From positions 1 to 26,352 of the IMG/VR virus record IMGVR_UViG_3300007539_006571: 26,352 bases of DNA. The stretch is one strand, 5' to 3'. The stretch is from a virus (lineage: Duplodnaviria; Caudoviricetes). Made by a program: the position numbers and the translations under genes. The notes beneath the pieces were generated by a model. It made no database searches. It saw only the letters and a list, made by a program, of their open reading frames with translations, and was not told the DNA's origin. This document shows positions 1 through 7,341 of the stretch, in pieces (positions within the stretch are counted from its first letter, which is position 1; every line of letters begins with the position of its first letter).

Positions 1-1
1 A

Positions 2-91
2 TATCATTCCTATGAGACTATCGTACAAGAATTGAAAAAAACGTGTATACCCAATAGAAGAGTTAATTGGGGAATGGCATGGGTGAAATAA
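2..91 (+). CDS. 3' end of an upstream gene (partial); product unknown, possibly a small SAM-dependent methyltransferase
   Basis: Frame from position 2 reads YHSYETIVQELKKTCIPNRRVNWGMAWVK to TAA at 89-91, directly abutting the next ATG at 92. The product guess rests on 29 residues only. Confidence 0.55.
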   Translation, partial: YHSYETIVQELKKTCIPNRRVNWGMAWVK

Positions 92-712
92 ATGTTACAC
101 AATCCATATAAAGTAGTACAAATGTTTGAAGAAGAGGTTGCACACTATACTGGCGCACCTTACGCAGTATCGGTGAATAGTTGCACAAATGCTCTTTTTC
201 TTGCCTGTAAATGGCATAAAGTAGAAGGAAAAGAAGTAATCTTGCCCAAAAGAACTTATCTTTCTCCGCCTCAATCTGTTATGCAAGCAGGTGGAAAGTT
301 GGTTTTCGAGGACATACAATGGCAAGGTATTTATCAACTCAAGCCATTTCCTATTTATGACGCTGCAAAGAGGCTTACTTCCAATATGTATATTCCCGGC
401 ACAATGATGTGTCTTTCATTTCATATCAAAAAGCATCTCAAGATTGGTAAAGGTGGAATGATTTTGCTTGACGATCCCGAAGCAGTGAAATGGCTGAAGG
501 CTCGTCGGTATGAAGGAAGAACTGACGGAATGAAATACCACGAAGATATGATTGATGAAGAAGGGTGGAATATGTATATGACCCCAGAACAAGCAGCAAG
601 AGGCTTAACTCTTATGCAAAACTACCCAGAACATATGCCAGATATTCCAGAAGAACCACCTTATCGTGACCTTACAGAGTTTGAATTGTTTAAAAACATA
701 GAGGTGAGATAA
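92..712 (+). CDS. DegT/DnrJ/EryC1/StrS-family PLP-dependent sugar aminotransferase, unusually short (206 aa)
   Basis: FEEEVAHYTGAPYAVSVNSCTNALFLA N-terminal motif, DAA (PLP-binding Asp), SFHIKKHLKIGKGGM (Schiff-base Lys region), GWNMYMTPEQAARGL. Confidence 0.9.
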   Translation: MLHNPYKVVQMFEEEVAHYTGAPYAVSVNSCTNALFLACKWHKVEGKEVILPKRTYLSPPQSVMQAGGKLVFEDIQWQGIYQLKPFPIYDAAKRLTSNMYIPGTMMCLSFHIKKHLKIGKGGMILLDDPEAVKWLKARRYEGRTDGMKYHEDMIDEEGWNMYMTPEQAARGLTLMQNYPEHMPDIPEEPPYRDLTEFELFKNIEVR

Positions 713-1432
713 GTGATCCCATTAGTATTTTATTCACATTCGGATTATTCAGATGTTTGGGCACCACTATTTGCTCAAACAGAAAAATATCTCAAAGGAT
801 ACAAAAAGTATCTTTTCACAGATCAATCAACAGAAGAACTTGATAATGATTGGGTCGTTATTAGATATGATGATTCTCTACCTTATCAGAAAAGGATGCT
901 TCACTGTTTAGGACAAGTAGAAGAAGATATTATTCTTTTTCATCACGAAGATATGTTTTTGTATGATTCTCCAAACGAGCAAAAACTAAAAGAACTCGTT
1001 GCTCTTGTTGAAAGTGAAGAAATAGACATTATCAAGTTAGCAAGAGCAAGTTACCACGAAAGTCACCCACTTGAGAGAAACACAAGCCATAATGATGTTT
1101 ATGAGAATCCAACAAATCTCAGGTTTGCTATTCAGCCAAGTATCTGTAATAAAGAAAAGTTAGAAACCATTTATAGTAAAACATACGGAAACAATATTTG
1201 GGAGTTTGAAGCAAACTCATCAATGATTTGCGATTACTTTAAAATAAAAACAGGTATGACTTGGGAAGAAGGTGACAATAAAAGAGGACAGTTTCATTGG
1301 GATAGTGGTGTCTATCCTTATTTCGCAACTGCTGTTGTAAAGGGAAAATGGAACTTGACCGATTATAAAGATGGACTACTATCTGTTTTGGAAGAGACAG
1401 GGGTTGATATTTCTAGAAGAGGAATAGTGTGA
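713..1432 (+). CDS. Putative GT-A-like glycosyltransferase / glycan-locus hypothetical protein
   Basis: GTG start with GAGGTG at 701-706. Beta-strand then YSDVW, IILFHHEDMFL acidic motif after a hydrophobic strand, QPSI, IWEFE, KGKW; lies inside a sugar-nucleotide cassette. Confidence 0.55.
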   Translation: MIPLVFYSHSDYSDVWAPLFAQTEKYLKGYKKYLFTDQSTEELDNDWVVIRYDDSLPYQKRMLHCLGQVEEDIILFHHEDMFLYDSPNEQKLKELVALVESEEIDIIKLARASYHESHPLERNTSHNDVYENPTNLRFAIQPSICNKEKLETIYSKTYGNNIWEFEANSSMICDYFKIKTGMTWEEGDNKRGQFHWDSGVYPYFATAVVKGKWNLTDYKDGLLSVLEETGVDISRRGIV

Positions 1433-2082
1433 GCCTAAAACTTGTTATTTTTGATATGGATGGTGTTCTTGTTGATGCTTGTGACTGGCACAAAGCGGCA
1501 TTCAATGCTGCTCTTTTAGAGTTGTGCGATTATCAGATTTCAGAAGAAGATCACTATTCTACATTCAATGGTCTTCCAACTAGCATCAAACTACAGAAAC
1601 TTGCGGAGATGGGAGTAGTCAAAGATGATCCTAAAATACATAAAGAAATAAACAAGTTAAAACAAGAAAAAACGATTGAGATCATTGAGGAAAGAGCAGA
1701 GTATGATATGTCCAAAGCAAATCTTTTTTCTTGGCTTAAGTTAAAAAATATTAAGGTTGCTTGTTTTACAAACAGTATTAGGAAAACAGCAGAACTTATG
1801 CTTGATAAAGCAGGTATATTGTCCGAGTTAGATTTGCTTGTAACAAACCAAGATGTAAAAAATCCAAAACCAGACCCTGAAGGCTATAATAAAATCATTA
1901 AACATTTTAATTTTGACCCACAAGATGTTATAATCGTTGAGGATTCGCCAAAGGGGTTAGAGGCAGCATATGCTACTGGTTGTGCGGTCCTAAAAGTTGA
2001 TAATGCAACTCAAGTATATACAGAAAATGTGAGGAGATTTATTTATGAAAGTTTTGATTCCAATGGCAGGAGAAGGAAGTAG
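1429..2082 (+). CDS. HAD-superfamily (IA, beta-PGM-like) phosphatase
   Basis: Motif I VIFDMDGVLVD, motif II FTNS, motif III KPDPEGY, motif IV IVEDSPKG. GTGA start/stop overlap with the previous gene. Confidence 0.92.
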   Translation: MSLKLVIFDMDGVLVDACDWHKAAFNAALLELCDYQISEEDHYSTFNGLPTSIKLQKLAEMGVVKDDPKIHKEINKLKQEKTIEIIEERAEYDMSKANLFSWLKLKNIKVACFTNSIRKTAELMLDKAGILSELDLLVTNQDVKNPKPDPEGYNKIIKHFNFDPQDVIIVEDSPKGLEAAYATGCAVLKVDNATQVYTENVRRFIYESFDSNGRRRK

Positions 2083-2761
2083 ATTCGCAAAAGAAGGCTA
2101 TACTTTTCCAAAGCCATTGATTGATGTTAGTGGTAAGCCAATGATCCAAACTGTTGTTGAAAACTTGGATTTTGACTGCGAATATATCTTCTTGGTAAGA
2201 AAAGAGCATATTGAAAAATACGAGGGTCTTCTTCACACTTTAGAAAGAATCACAAATGACCATTTTAAATATGTTGTAGTTGATGGTCTAACTGAAGGTG
2301 CTGCTTGTACTGCTTTATTAGCCGAAGAACTAATTGATGATGACGATGATCTTCTGATTGCAAACTCAGATCAGTTTATTGAATATCATCCCCAAAACTT
2401 TTTGTCTCTCAAGAATATGACCACTGCTGATGCTGTTGTTTTTACATTCAACGCAGTTCATCCTAAGTGGTCTTTTGTAAAGACAAATGCTCGTGGATTT
2501 ATCACAGAGGTAGCAGAGAAAAAGCCTATTTCTGATATTGCGACTTGCGGTATTTATTGGTATAGACACGGATCAGATTTTGTAAAGTATGCAAAACAAA
2601 TGATTGAAAAAGATATTAGAGTAAATAATGAGTTTTATATCGCTCCAGTTTATAACGAGTTGATTGGGGATGGAAAAACTCTTATTCCATTCTATGTTCA
2701 TAAGATGTGGGGACTTGGAACGCCAGAAGATCTCAAATATTATTTAGAAAATAAAAAATGA
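2045..2761 (+). CDS. Sugar-phosphate nucleotidyltransferase (NTP_transferase, BcbE-like subgroup)
   Basis: LIPMAGEGSRF...PKPLIDV.GKPMI signature, TEGAACTALLA, IANSDQ, VAEKKPIS, NNEFYIAPVYN, GLGTPEDL. SD GAGGAG at 2031-2036. Confidence 0.92.
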   Translation: MKVLIPMAGEGSRFAKEGYTFPKPLIDVSGKPMIQTVVENLDFDCEYIFLVRKEHIEKYEGLLHTLERITNDHFKYVVVDGLTEGAACTALLAEELIDDDDDLLIANSDQFIEYHPQNFLSLKNMTTADAVVFTFNAVHPKWSFVKTNARGFITEVAEKKPISDIATCGIYWYRHGSDFVKYAKQMIEKDIRVNNEFYIAPVYNELIGDGKTLIPFYVHKMWGLGTPEDLKYYLENKK

Positions 2762-3198
2762 TAAAAATAGCACATAGAGGCAACATAAACGGTCCAAATC
2801 AAAACCACGAAAATGACCCTGCTTATATTATGGAAGCCATAACAGAGGGGTTTGATGTTGAGTTAGATGTCTGGCTAATCGATGATAGCATTTATCTCGG
2901 TCACGACCTACCAGAATACAAAATCGGATTAAACTATTTAAAAAACGATAAGTTCTGGTGTCATTGCAAAAACATACAGGCTTTGTATTTATTACTCAAT
3001 AATAATATTAGGTGTTTTTTTCACGACACAGACGATGCTACATTAACAAGCGATGGATTTATCTGGACTTATCCCGGAAAAGACTTGACAGAAATGTCTA
3101 TTTGTGTTATGCCTGAAAGATCAAACTGGAACATACCAAATAACATTGCTGGTGTTTGTTCTGATTATGTTTTAGGGATAGAGGAGCATATTAAATGA
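2758..3198 (+). CDS. Short glycerophosphodiester phosphodiesterase / PI-PLC-like protein (146 aa)
   Basis: IAHRGN...EN, GFDVELDVW, LGHD catalytic-type motifs; ends GVCSDY. ATGA overlaps at both ends. Confidence 0.8.
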   Translation: MIKIAHRGNINGPNQNHENDPAYIMEAITEGFDVELDVWLIDDSIYLGHDLPEYKIGLNYLKNDKFWCHCKNIQALYLLLNNNIRCFFHDTDDATLTSDGFIWTYPGKDLTEMSICVMPERSNWNIPNNIAGVCSDYVLGIEEHIK

Positions 3199-4151
3199 AA
3201 TTAGTTGTTATTACAGGTTGTCTGGGTTTTATCGGCTCACACGTTACTAAAAAATGCCTTGATTTAGGCTGGAAAGTGCTTGGTATCGACAACTTTACTT
3301 ACGCTGCTAATGAAGATTTGGTCGGTTATTTCTTTGAAAAGTGGGGAGATAACTTTGATTTTATCCGAAGCGACATCGCTGATCTAAAATACCTACCAGA
3401 TTGTGACTATGTGATCAATACAGCAGCCGAAACACACGTTGGAAACAGCATTATTGACAGCAAAGACTTCTTAAAATCAAACATAAATGGAGTTCAAAAT
3501 CTCCTTGATTTGATCAAAGCAAAGCCAAATAACGTCGATAATCGCCCGATTTTGTTCCATTTTAGCACAGATGAGGTCTATGGAGACATTGTAGAAGGTG
3601 ATCACTACGAAACAGACCACCTAAACCCAAGTAATCCATACTCAGCATCCAAAGCAGCAGCAGATATGCTTATTACTGCTTGGGCAAGAACCTATGGAAT
3701 AGAATACATTATCTTTCGTCCAACAAATAACTATGGAGAATACCAATACCCAGAGAAACTTATCCCATTATCAGTTAAACTATTACAACGAGATAAAAAG
3801 ATTAGACTTCACGACGAAGGAAAGCCGGTTCGTAACTGGTTACACGCCGAAGACACGGCAAATGCGGTCATAAGTATCATAAATAATGGGAAAACAAATG
3901 AGATTTACAACGTTGCCGGTGGCTTTGAGCAAGAAAACAGGGAAACAGTAAAGAAAATTATTGAATGTTTTCACGGCAAAGAAGCAAACTGGCTTGATTA
4001 TGTTGACTTAGGACATAAAAGAGAAGGACAAGACGTTAGATACGCACTTAATGACGACAAATTACGTTCTTTGGGGTGGAAACCGCAAAAAACATTTAAC
4101 GAAGAGATACCAAAACTGGTAGAATTCTATAAAAATAACTTTAGATGGTAG
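3195..4151 (+). CDS. rfbB: NDP-glucose 4,6-dehydratase (RmlB/RfbB-like extended SDR)
   Basis: ITGCLGFIGSH Rossmann motif, AAETHV..SI, STDEVYG, YSASK catalytic YxxxK, NNYGEYQYPEKLIP, GQDVRYA. SD GAGGAG at 3181-3186. Confidence 0.93.
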   Translation: MKLVVITGCLGFIGSHVTKKCLDLGWKVLGIDNFTYAANEDLVGYFFEKWGDNFDFIRSDIADLKYLPDCDYVINTAAETHVGNSIIDSKDFLKSNINGVQNLLDLIKAKPNNVDNRPILFHFSTDEVYGDIVEGDHYETDHLNPSNPYSASKAAADMLITAWARTYGIEYIIFRPTNNYGEYQYPEKLIPLSVKLLQRDKKIRLHDEGKPVRNWLHAEDTANAVISIINNGKTNEIYNVAGGFEQENRETVKKIIECFHGKEANWLDYVDLGHKREGQDVRYALNDDKLRSLGWKPQKTFNEEIPKLVEFYKNNFRW

Positions 4152-4160
4152 GAGAATACT

Positions 4161-4364
4161 ATGAAACTTTCAGATCAAGCAGTCGGAGCCGTTATGATGG
4201 CTCTTCAAAAGAGTCTTTTGGAGCAATCAGACATTGTTCCTGTTATTAAAGGGTTCGAGTTTGTTCCAGCAGCAGACAAAGAAGGAGACGAAGCACAACT
4301 CTTTGTAAAAAACCCTCCTCTTGTTAAACTTGGAAACGAAGATACAGCAGAAGAGGGCGAATAA
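4161..4364 (+). CDS. Small hypothetical protein (67 aa) with acidic tail
   Basis: SD AGGAG at 4150-4154; stop overlaps the next start (TAATG). Confidence 0.8.
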   Translation: MKLSDQAVGAVMMALQKSLLEQSDIVPVIKGFEFVPAADKEGDEAQLFVKNPPLVKLGNEDTAEEGE

Positions 4365-4606
4365 TGCCGAGTTATGTGTATGAATGCTCGAAATGTAGCG
4401 ACGTTACAGAAGTTTTTCACTCTATGAGTGAAGACAGAACTGACTGCGAGGCTTGTGGAGAGCAAAATACACTAAACAAAATACCAGAGGTGCCGATTTA
4501 TCTAAAATCCAACACTGCTGGTAAGGTTGTTAAGCAACACATTGAAGACGCCAAACAACAAGTTCGTGAAGACAAAGAGCAAATGAAAAAGGATTACACA
4601 GGTTGA
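4364..4606 (+). CDS. FmdB-family zinc-ribbon protein
   Basis: MPSYVYECSKC...CEACG (MPxYxYxCxxC...CxxCG pattern) followed by a short helical tail. Confidence 0.85.
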   Translation: MPSYVYECSKCSDVTEVFHSMSEDRTDCEACGEQNTLNKIPEVPIYLKSNTAGKVVKQHIEDAKQQVREDKEQMKKDYTG

Positions 4607-4905
4607 GTTTACTTATTTTCTTTTTAATAGTTTCCGTCGCTTTAAACGGACTTTTGCTTTGGTACATTAGAAAAATGCTATCTAAACTGCTTTATGTTTC
4701 AGATAGTATCGGATCTTTATTGGTAACGGCAAAGAACTTTTCTGATCACTTGGACGGGTTACACGCTATGGAAATGTATTATGGAGATGAAACTCTTGGT
4801 GCTTTGATTAAACACTCAAAGCAAGTTGTAGAAGACATAAAAGAGTTTGAAGAAATCTATGAACTAACCAATGAAGGGCTGTTAGAAGATGAAGAACAAG
4901 AATAA
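4603..4905 (+). CDS. Small membrane-anchored protein (one N-terminal TM helix, helical acidic C-terminus)
   Basis: TTG start overlapping the upstream TGA; LLIFFLIVSVALNGLLLWYI hydrophobic segment followed by RK. Confidence 0.75.
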   Translation: MSLLIFFLIVSVALNGLLLWYIRKMLSKLLYVSDSIGSLLVTAKNFSDHLDGLHAMEMYYGDETLGALIKHSKQVVEDIKEFEEIYELTNEGLLEDEEQE

Positions 4906-5588
4906 TGGCGAAACCAAAAAAGAAAAATCTATACTTTACCCAAGAGCACGAAGACGCAATCGTCAACTATGCTAATACTACTGATATCAAAATAAGAACT
5001 GAACTTTATGTAGAGTTTATTGAGCCAGCATTCAATGAAATGGTCGATAAGATTATCTATACTTACAAGTTCACAAACCTTCCCAACATCGATGTCCTAA
5101 AAGACGAATGTAAAATCTGGCTTACAACAATCTTGGACAAGTATGATCCAGACAAAGGATCCAAAGCCTTTTCTTATTTCTCAGTCATTACCAAAAACTG
5201 GTTTATTCACAAGGTAAAGAAAACAACCTTGGAGAATAAAAGAGAAGTTCAACTAGATCAAATCCCAAAGAACATTGAGATTAGACAGTTCACTGTTGTA
5301 AACGAATATGAATCAAAAAGATTAGAAAAAGAATTCTGGATGAACTTTTGGGAAGAAGTTAACTCTTGGGAAACATCCAGTATGAAGCCCAACGAAGAGA
5401 AAGTCTATGAAGCAATCAGACTAATATTTTCCAACCCAGACCGTATAGACATCTACAACAAAAAAGCAATCTACTTTTATATCAGAGAAATCACAGGTCT
5501 CAATACAAAACAAGTCGTTAACAACTTAAATAAAATGAGAGTAAAATACAAAGTATTCAAAAGAAGATGGGATCGTGGCGATTTATAA
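4905..5588 (+). CDS. Phage RNA polymerase sigma factor, T4 gp55-like (late transcription)
   Basis: KYDPDKGSKAFSYFSVITKNWFI matches the sigma region 2.3-2.4 pattern (FDPxK..xFxYF...xxN); C-terminal helical segment IREITGLNTKQV; placed directly ahead of virion genes. Confidence 0.75.
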   Translation: MAKPKKKNLYFTQEHEDAIVNYANTTDIKIRTELYVEFIEPAFNEMVDKIIYTYKFTNLPNIDVLKDECKIWLTTILDKYDPDKGSKAFSYFSVITKNWFIHKVKKTTLENKREVQLDQIPKNIEIRQFTVVNEYESKRLEKEFWMNFWEEVNSWETSSMKPNEEKVYEAIRLIFSNPDRIDIYNKKAIYFYIREITGLNTKQVVNNLNKMRVKYKVFKRRWDRGDL

Positions 5589-5605
5589 TACTTTTTTTAA
5601 CTCTA

Positions 5606-5613
5606 ACTATTTA
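5606..5613 (+). promoter_or_regulatory. Candidate late promoter element ACTATTTA
   Basis: In the 33-nt gap after the sigma gene, preceded by a T7 tract; the same octamer occurs in the 16508-16572 gap. Confidence 0.5.
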
Positions 5614-5621
5614 TTTTTGCT

Positions 5622-5912
5622 ATGAAAGACTTGGAAACATATATTGACGAAGCAATCAAAAACATAAGAAGCGACAGGGCTATTACCACAACTCTGCTAA
5701 TGGAGTTGATGGAATATATGAAAAAAGACGACGAACGCAAAGAAAAAGTCGGTGTTGTCGCTGCTAAATATGTAGAAACTTTACAGAGATCAAACGAACA
5801 ACTTGTCAAAGTCAGTGCTCTTATTCAAAAGAAAACTGAAGGACAAGATGGTTTATCTGAAGAGGATAAAAGCGAAATCTTTGATTTAATCAAAGACGCT
5901 GGTAATGGGTAA
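5622..5912 (+). CDS. Small all-helical/coiled-coil protein (96 aa); terminase small subunit-like is a weak possibility
   Basis: Two long amphipathic helices (IRSDRAITTTLLMEL; YVETLQRSNEQLVKVSALIQ); TAATG overlap with the next gene. Confidence 0.7.
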   Translation: MKDLETYIDEAIKNIRSDRAITTTLLMELMEYMKKDDERKEKVGVVAAKYVETLQRSNEQLVKVSALIQKKTEGQDGLSEEDKSEIFDLIKDAGNG

Positions 5913-7333
5913 TGGATGTAAAAGATATACTAAACATAGGGTTCGGTTTATTAAATCCTATTAGAGACACATTAGTAGGTAAGAACTTTGACCCTTCAAA
6001 TGTTAGGGCTTTGGATGCTGTTATTAAGAGCACAGAGAATTCTTATGCCGAAAATGCGAGTTTAGGATCAGGTCCATATATTGGTATTTGTTTAAGAAAT
6101 GATGGATATTTAAATGAAAGAACAGTTGATCCAACTAACTGGGCTACAGTCTCAAATGAGGTGATAAGAAAAAATAATCAATCTGAAGCCCCAAAACTTT
6201 TACAAATCAGAGTAAGAATACCTGAACTTCATAGTTCTCTTCCTATTCCTCAAACTCTTCCAAAGTTCACAGAAGAAAGTCCAGATCACGGAATAGTGAA
6301 TATGTATCCTATTTTCTTAGCAAAAGATCTGGCTATATCTTCAGATGTTCCACAAGAAGGAGATATGGTTTGGGTTGACTTTCAAAATAGTAATACTCTT
6401 GAAGGTCCAATATATTTAGGAAGAGTAACAAATGATACGTTAATAAATGGAAATAATACAACATCTGGTAGAAATTCTTTTGCTATCACTTGCACTCAAG
6501 TTCCAGCAGTATTACCTCCACAAAGTCAGCCTATCAATGCGGCTGCTGGACCACCTCTCCCATCTTTCGCCGCCAACAGTGCTTATGCAGCACAGCCTAA
6601 AACACCGCCACAACAAAATACTGTAACTGTTTGTGGACCTGCTGGGTCTATTCTTGATGCAAACGCTGGGTTTGGTGGCAACCCAAAAGATTGGGCTGCA
6701 ACTGGAAAAGCAGATTATGCCAAGGCAGATATTCGTTTTCTTGGATTTCTTACTGGAGTTGGAAACACCGGAAATAGGAAACTTGAAATAGATTTTATGG
6801 TTATTCACGACGGTGGTCAAATGGCGGGTTTCACGGCAGAAAGAACTTTGAAGTTCTGGAGTAAAAAAACTGCATCATCACATTATTACATAGATTTAGA
6901 TGGGACTGTTTTTCAACTTGAAGAAGAAGCAAAAGTAACATATCACGGAGGAGGCGGTCCTATACCAAACGCCAATGGTAGATCTATAGGGATTGATTTA
7001 CAAAGGTGTAGACCTCCGGGGGATAAACATAAATTTAAAGATAAAAATGGAAAAGAGTATAATTGTGGTGAAAGAGGATATAGGGCACCATATTCAAAAG
7101 AGCAGATGGCATCTTTGAAAGATTTGCTAAATGACATATCCAAAAGAAGGGGCATTCCTTATGATGAAAATCACATTGTTGCTCACGGATCTTTATATCA
7201 AGGAAATCACGCAGATCCAGTTGTGGGATTTGAATGGTCCGAAATAGGATTGACAAATAAATATGGTCCAAGTCCAAAAGGTAAGTTTACACAAATACCA
7301 AACCCATCCTCTGTATCAAATAAAATTGCGTAG
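5912..7333 (+). CDS. gp5-like baseplate hub protein: N-terminal OB-fold, Pro/Ala-rich linker, C-terminal N-acetylmuramoyl-L-alanine amidase (Amidase_2)
   Basis: IRVRIPELH and VPQEGDMVWVDF...GPIYLG (gp5/VgrG OB-fold pattern); amidase motifs MVIHD, SSHYYIDLDGTVFQL, YHGG, NGRSIGID, EQMASLKDLL, IVAH, HADP (about 6790-7220). Confidence 0.82.
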   Translation: MDVKDILNIGFGLLNPIRDTLVGKNFDPSNVRALDAVIKSTENSYAENASLGSGPYIGICLRNDGYLNERTVDPTNWATVSNEVIRKNNQSEAPKLLQIRVRIPELHSSLPIPQTLPKFTEESPDHGIVNMYPIFLAKDLAISSDVPQEGDMVWVDFQNSNTLEGPIYLGRVTNDTLINGNNTTSGRNSFAITCTQVPAVLPPQSQPINAAAGPPLPSFAANSAYAAQPKTPPQQNTVTVCGPAGSILDANAGFGGNPKDWAATGKADYAKADIRFLGFLTGVGNTGNRKLEIDFMVIHDGGQMAGFTAERTLKFWSKKTASSHYYIDLDGTVFQLEEEAKVTYHGGGGPIPNANGRSIGIDLQRCRPPGDKHKFKDKNGKEYNCGERGYRAPYSKEQMASLKDLLNDISKRRGIPYDENHIVAHGSLYQGNHADPVVGFEWSEIGLTNKYGPSPKGKFTQIPNPSSVSNKIA

Positions 7334-7341
7334 GAGTTTAA

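Noticed and set aside
2933-2940. Third ACTATTTA copy
   Set aside because: Lies mid-gene, about 250 nt from the next start; compatible with chance in AT-rich DNA, so not annotated as a promoter.
92-4151. Giant eukaryotic virus (NCLDV) origin, suggested by the sugar genes
   Set aside because: SD sites, operon-like overlaps, a sigma factor, a peptidoglycan amidase and baseplate genes indicate a bacteriophage.
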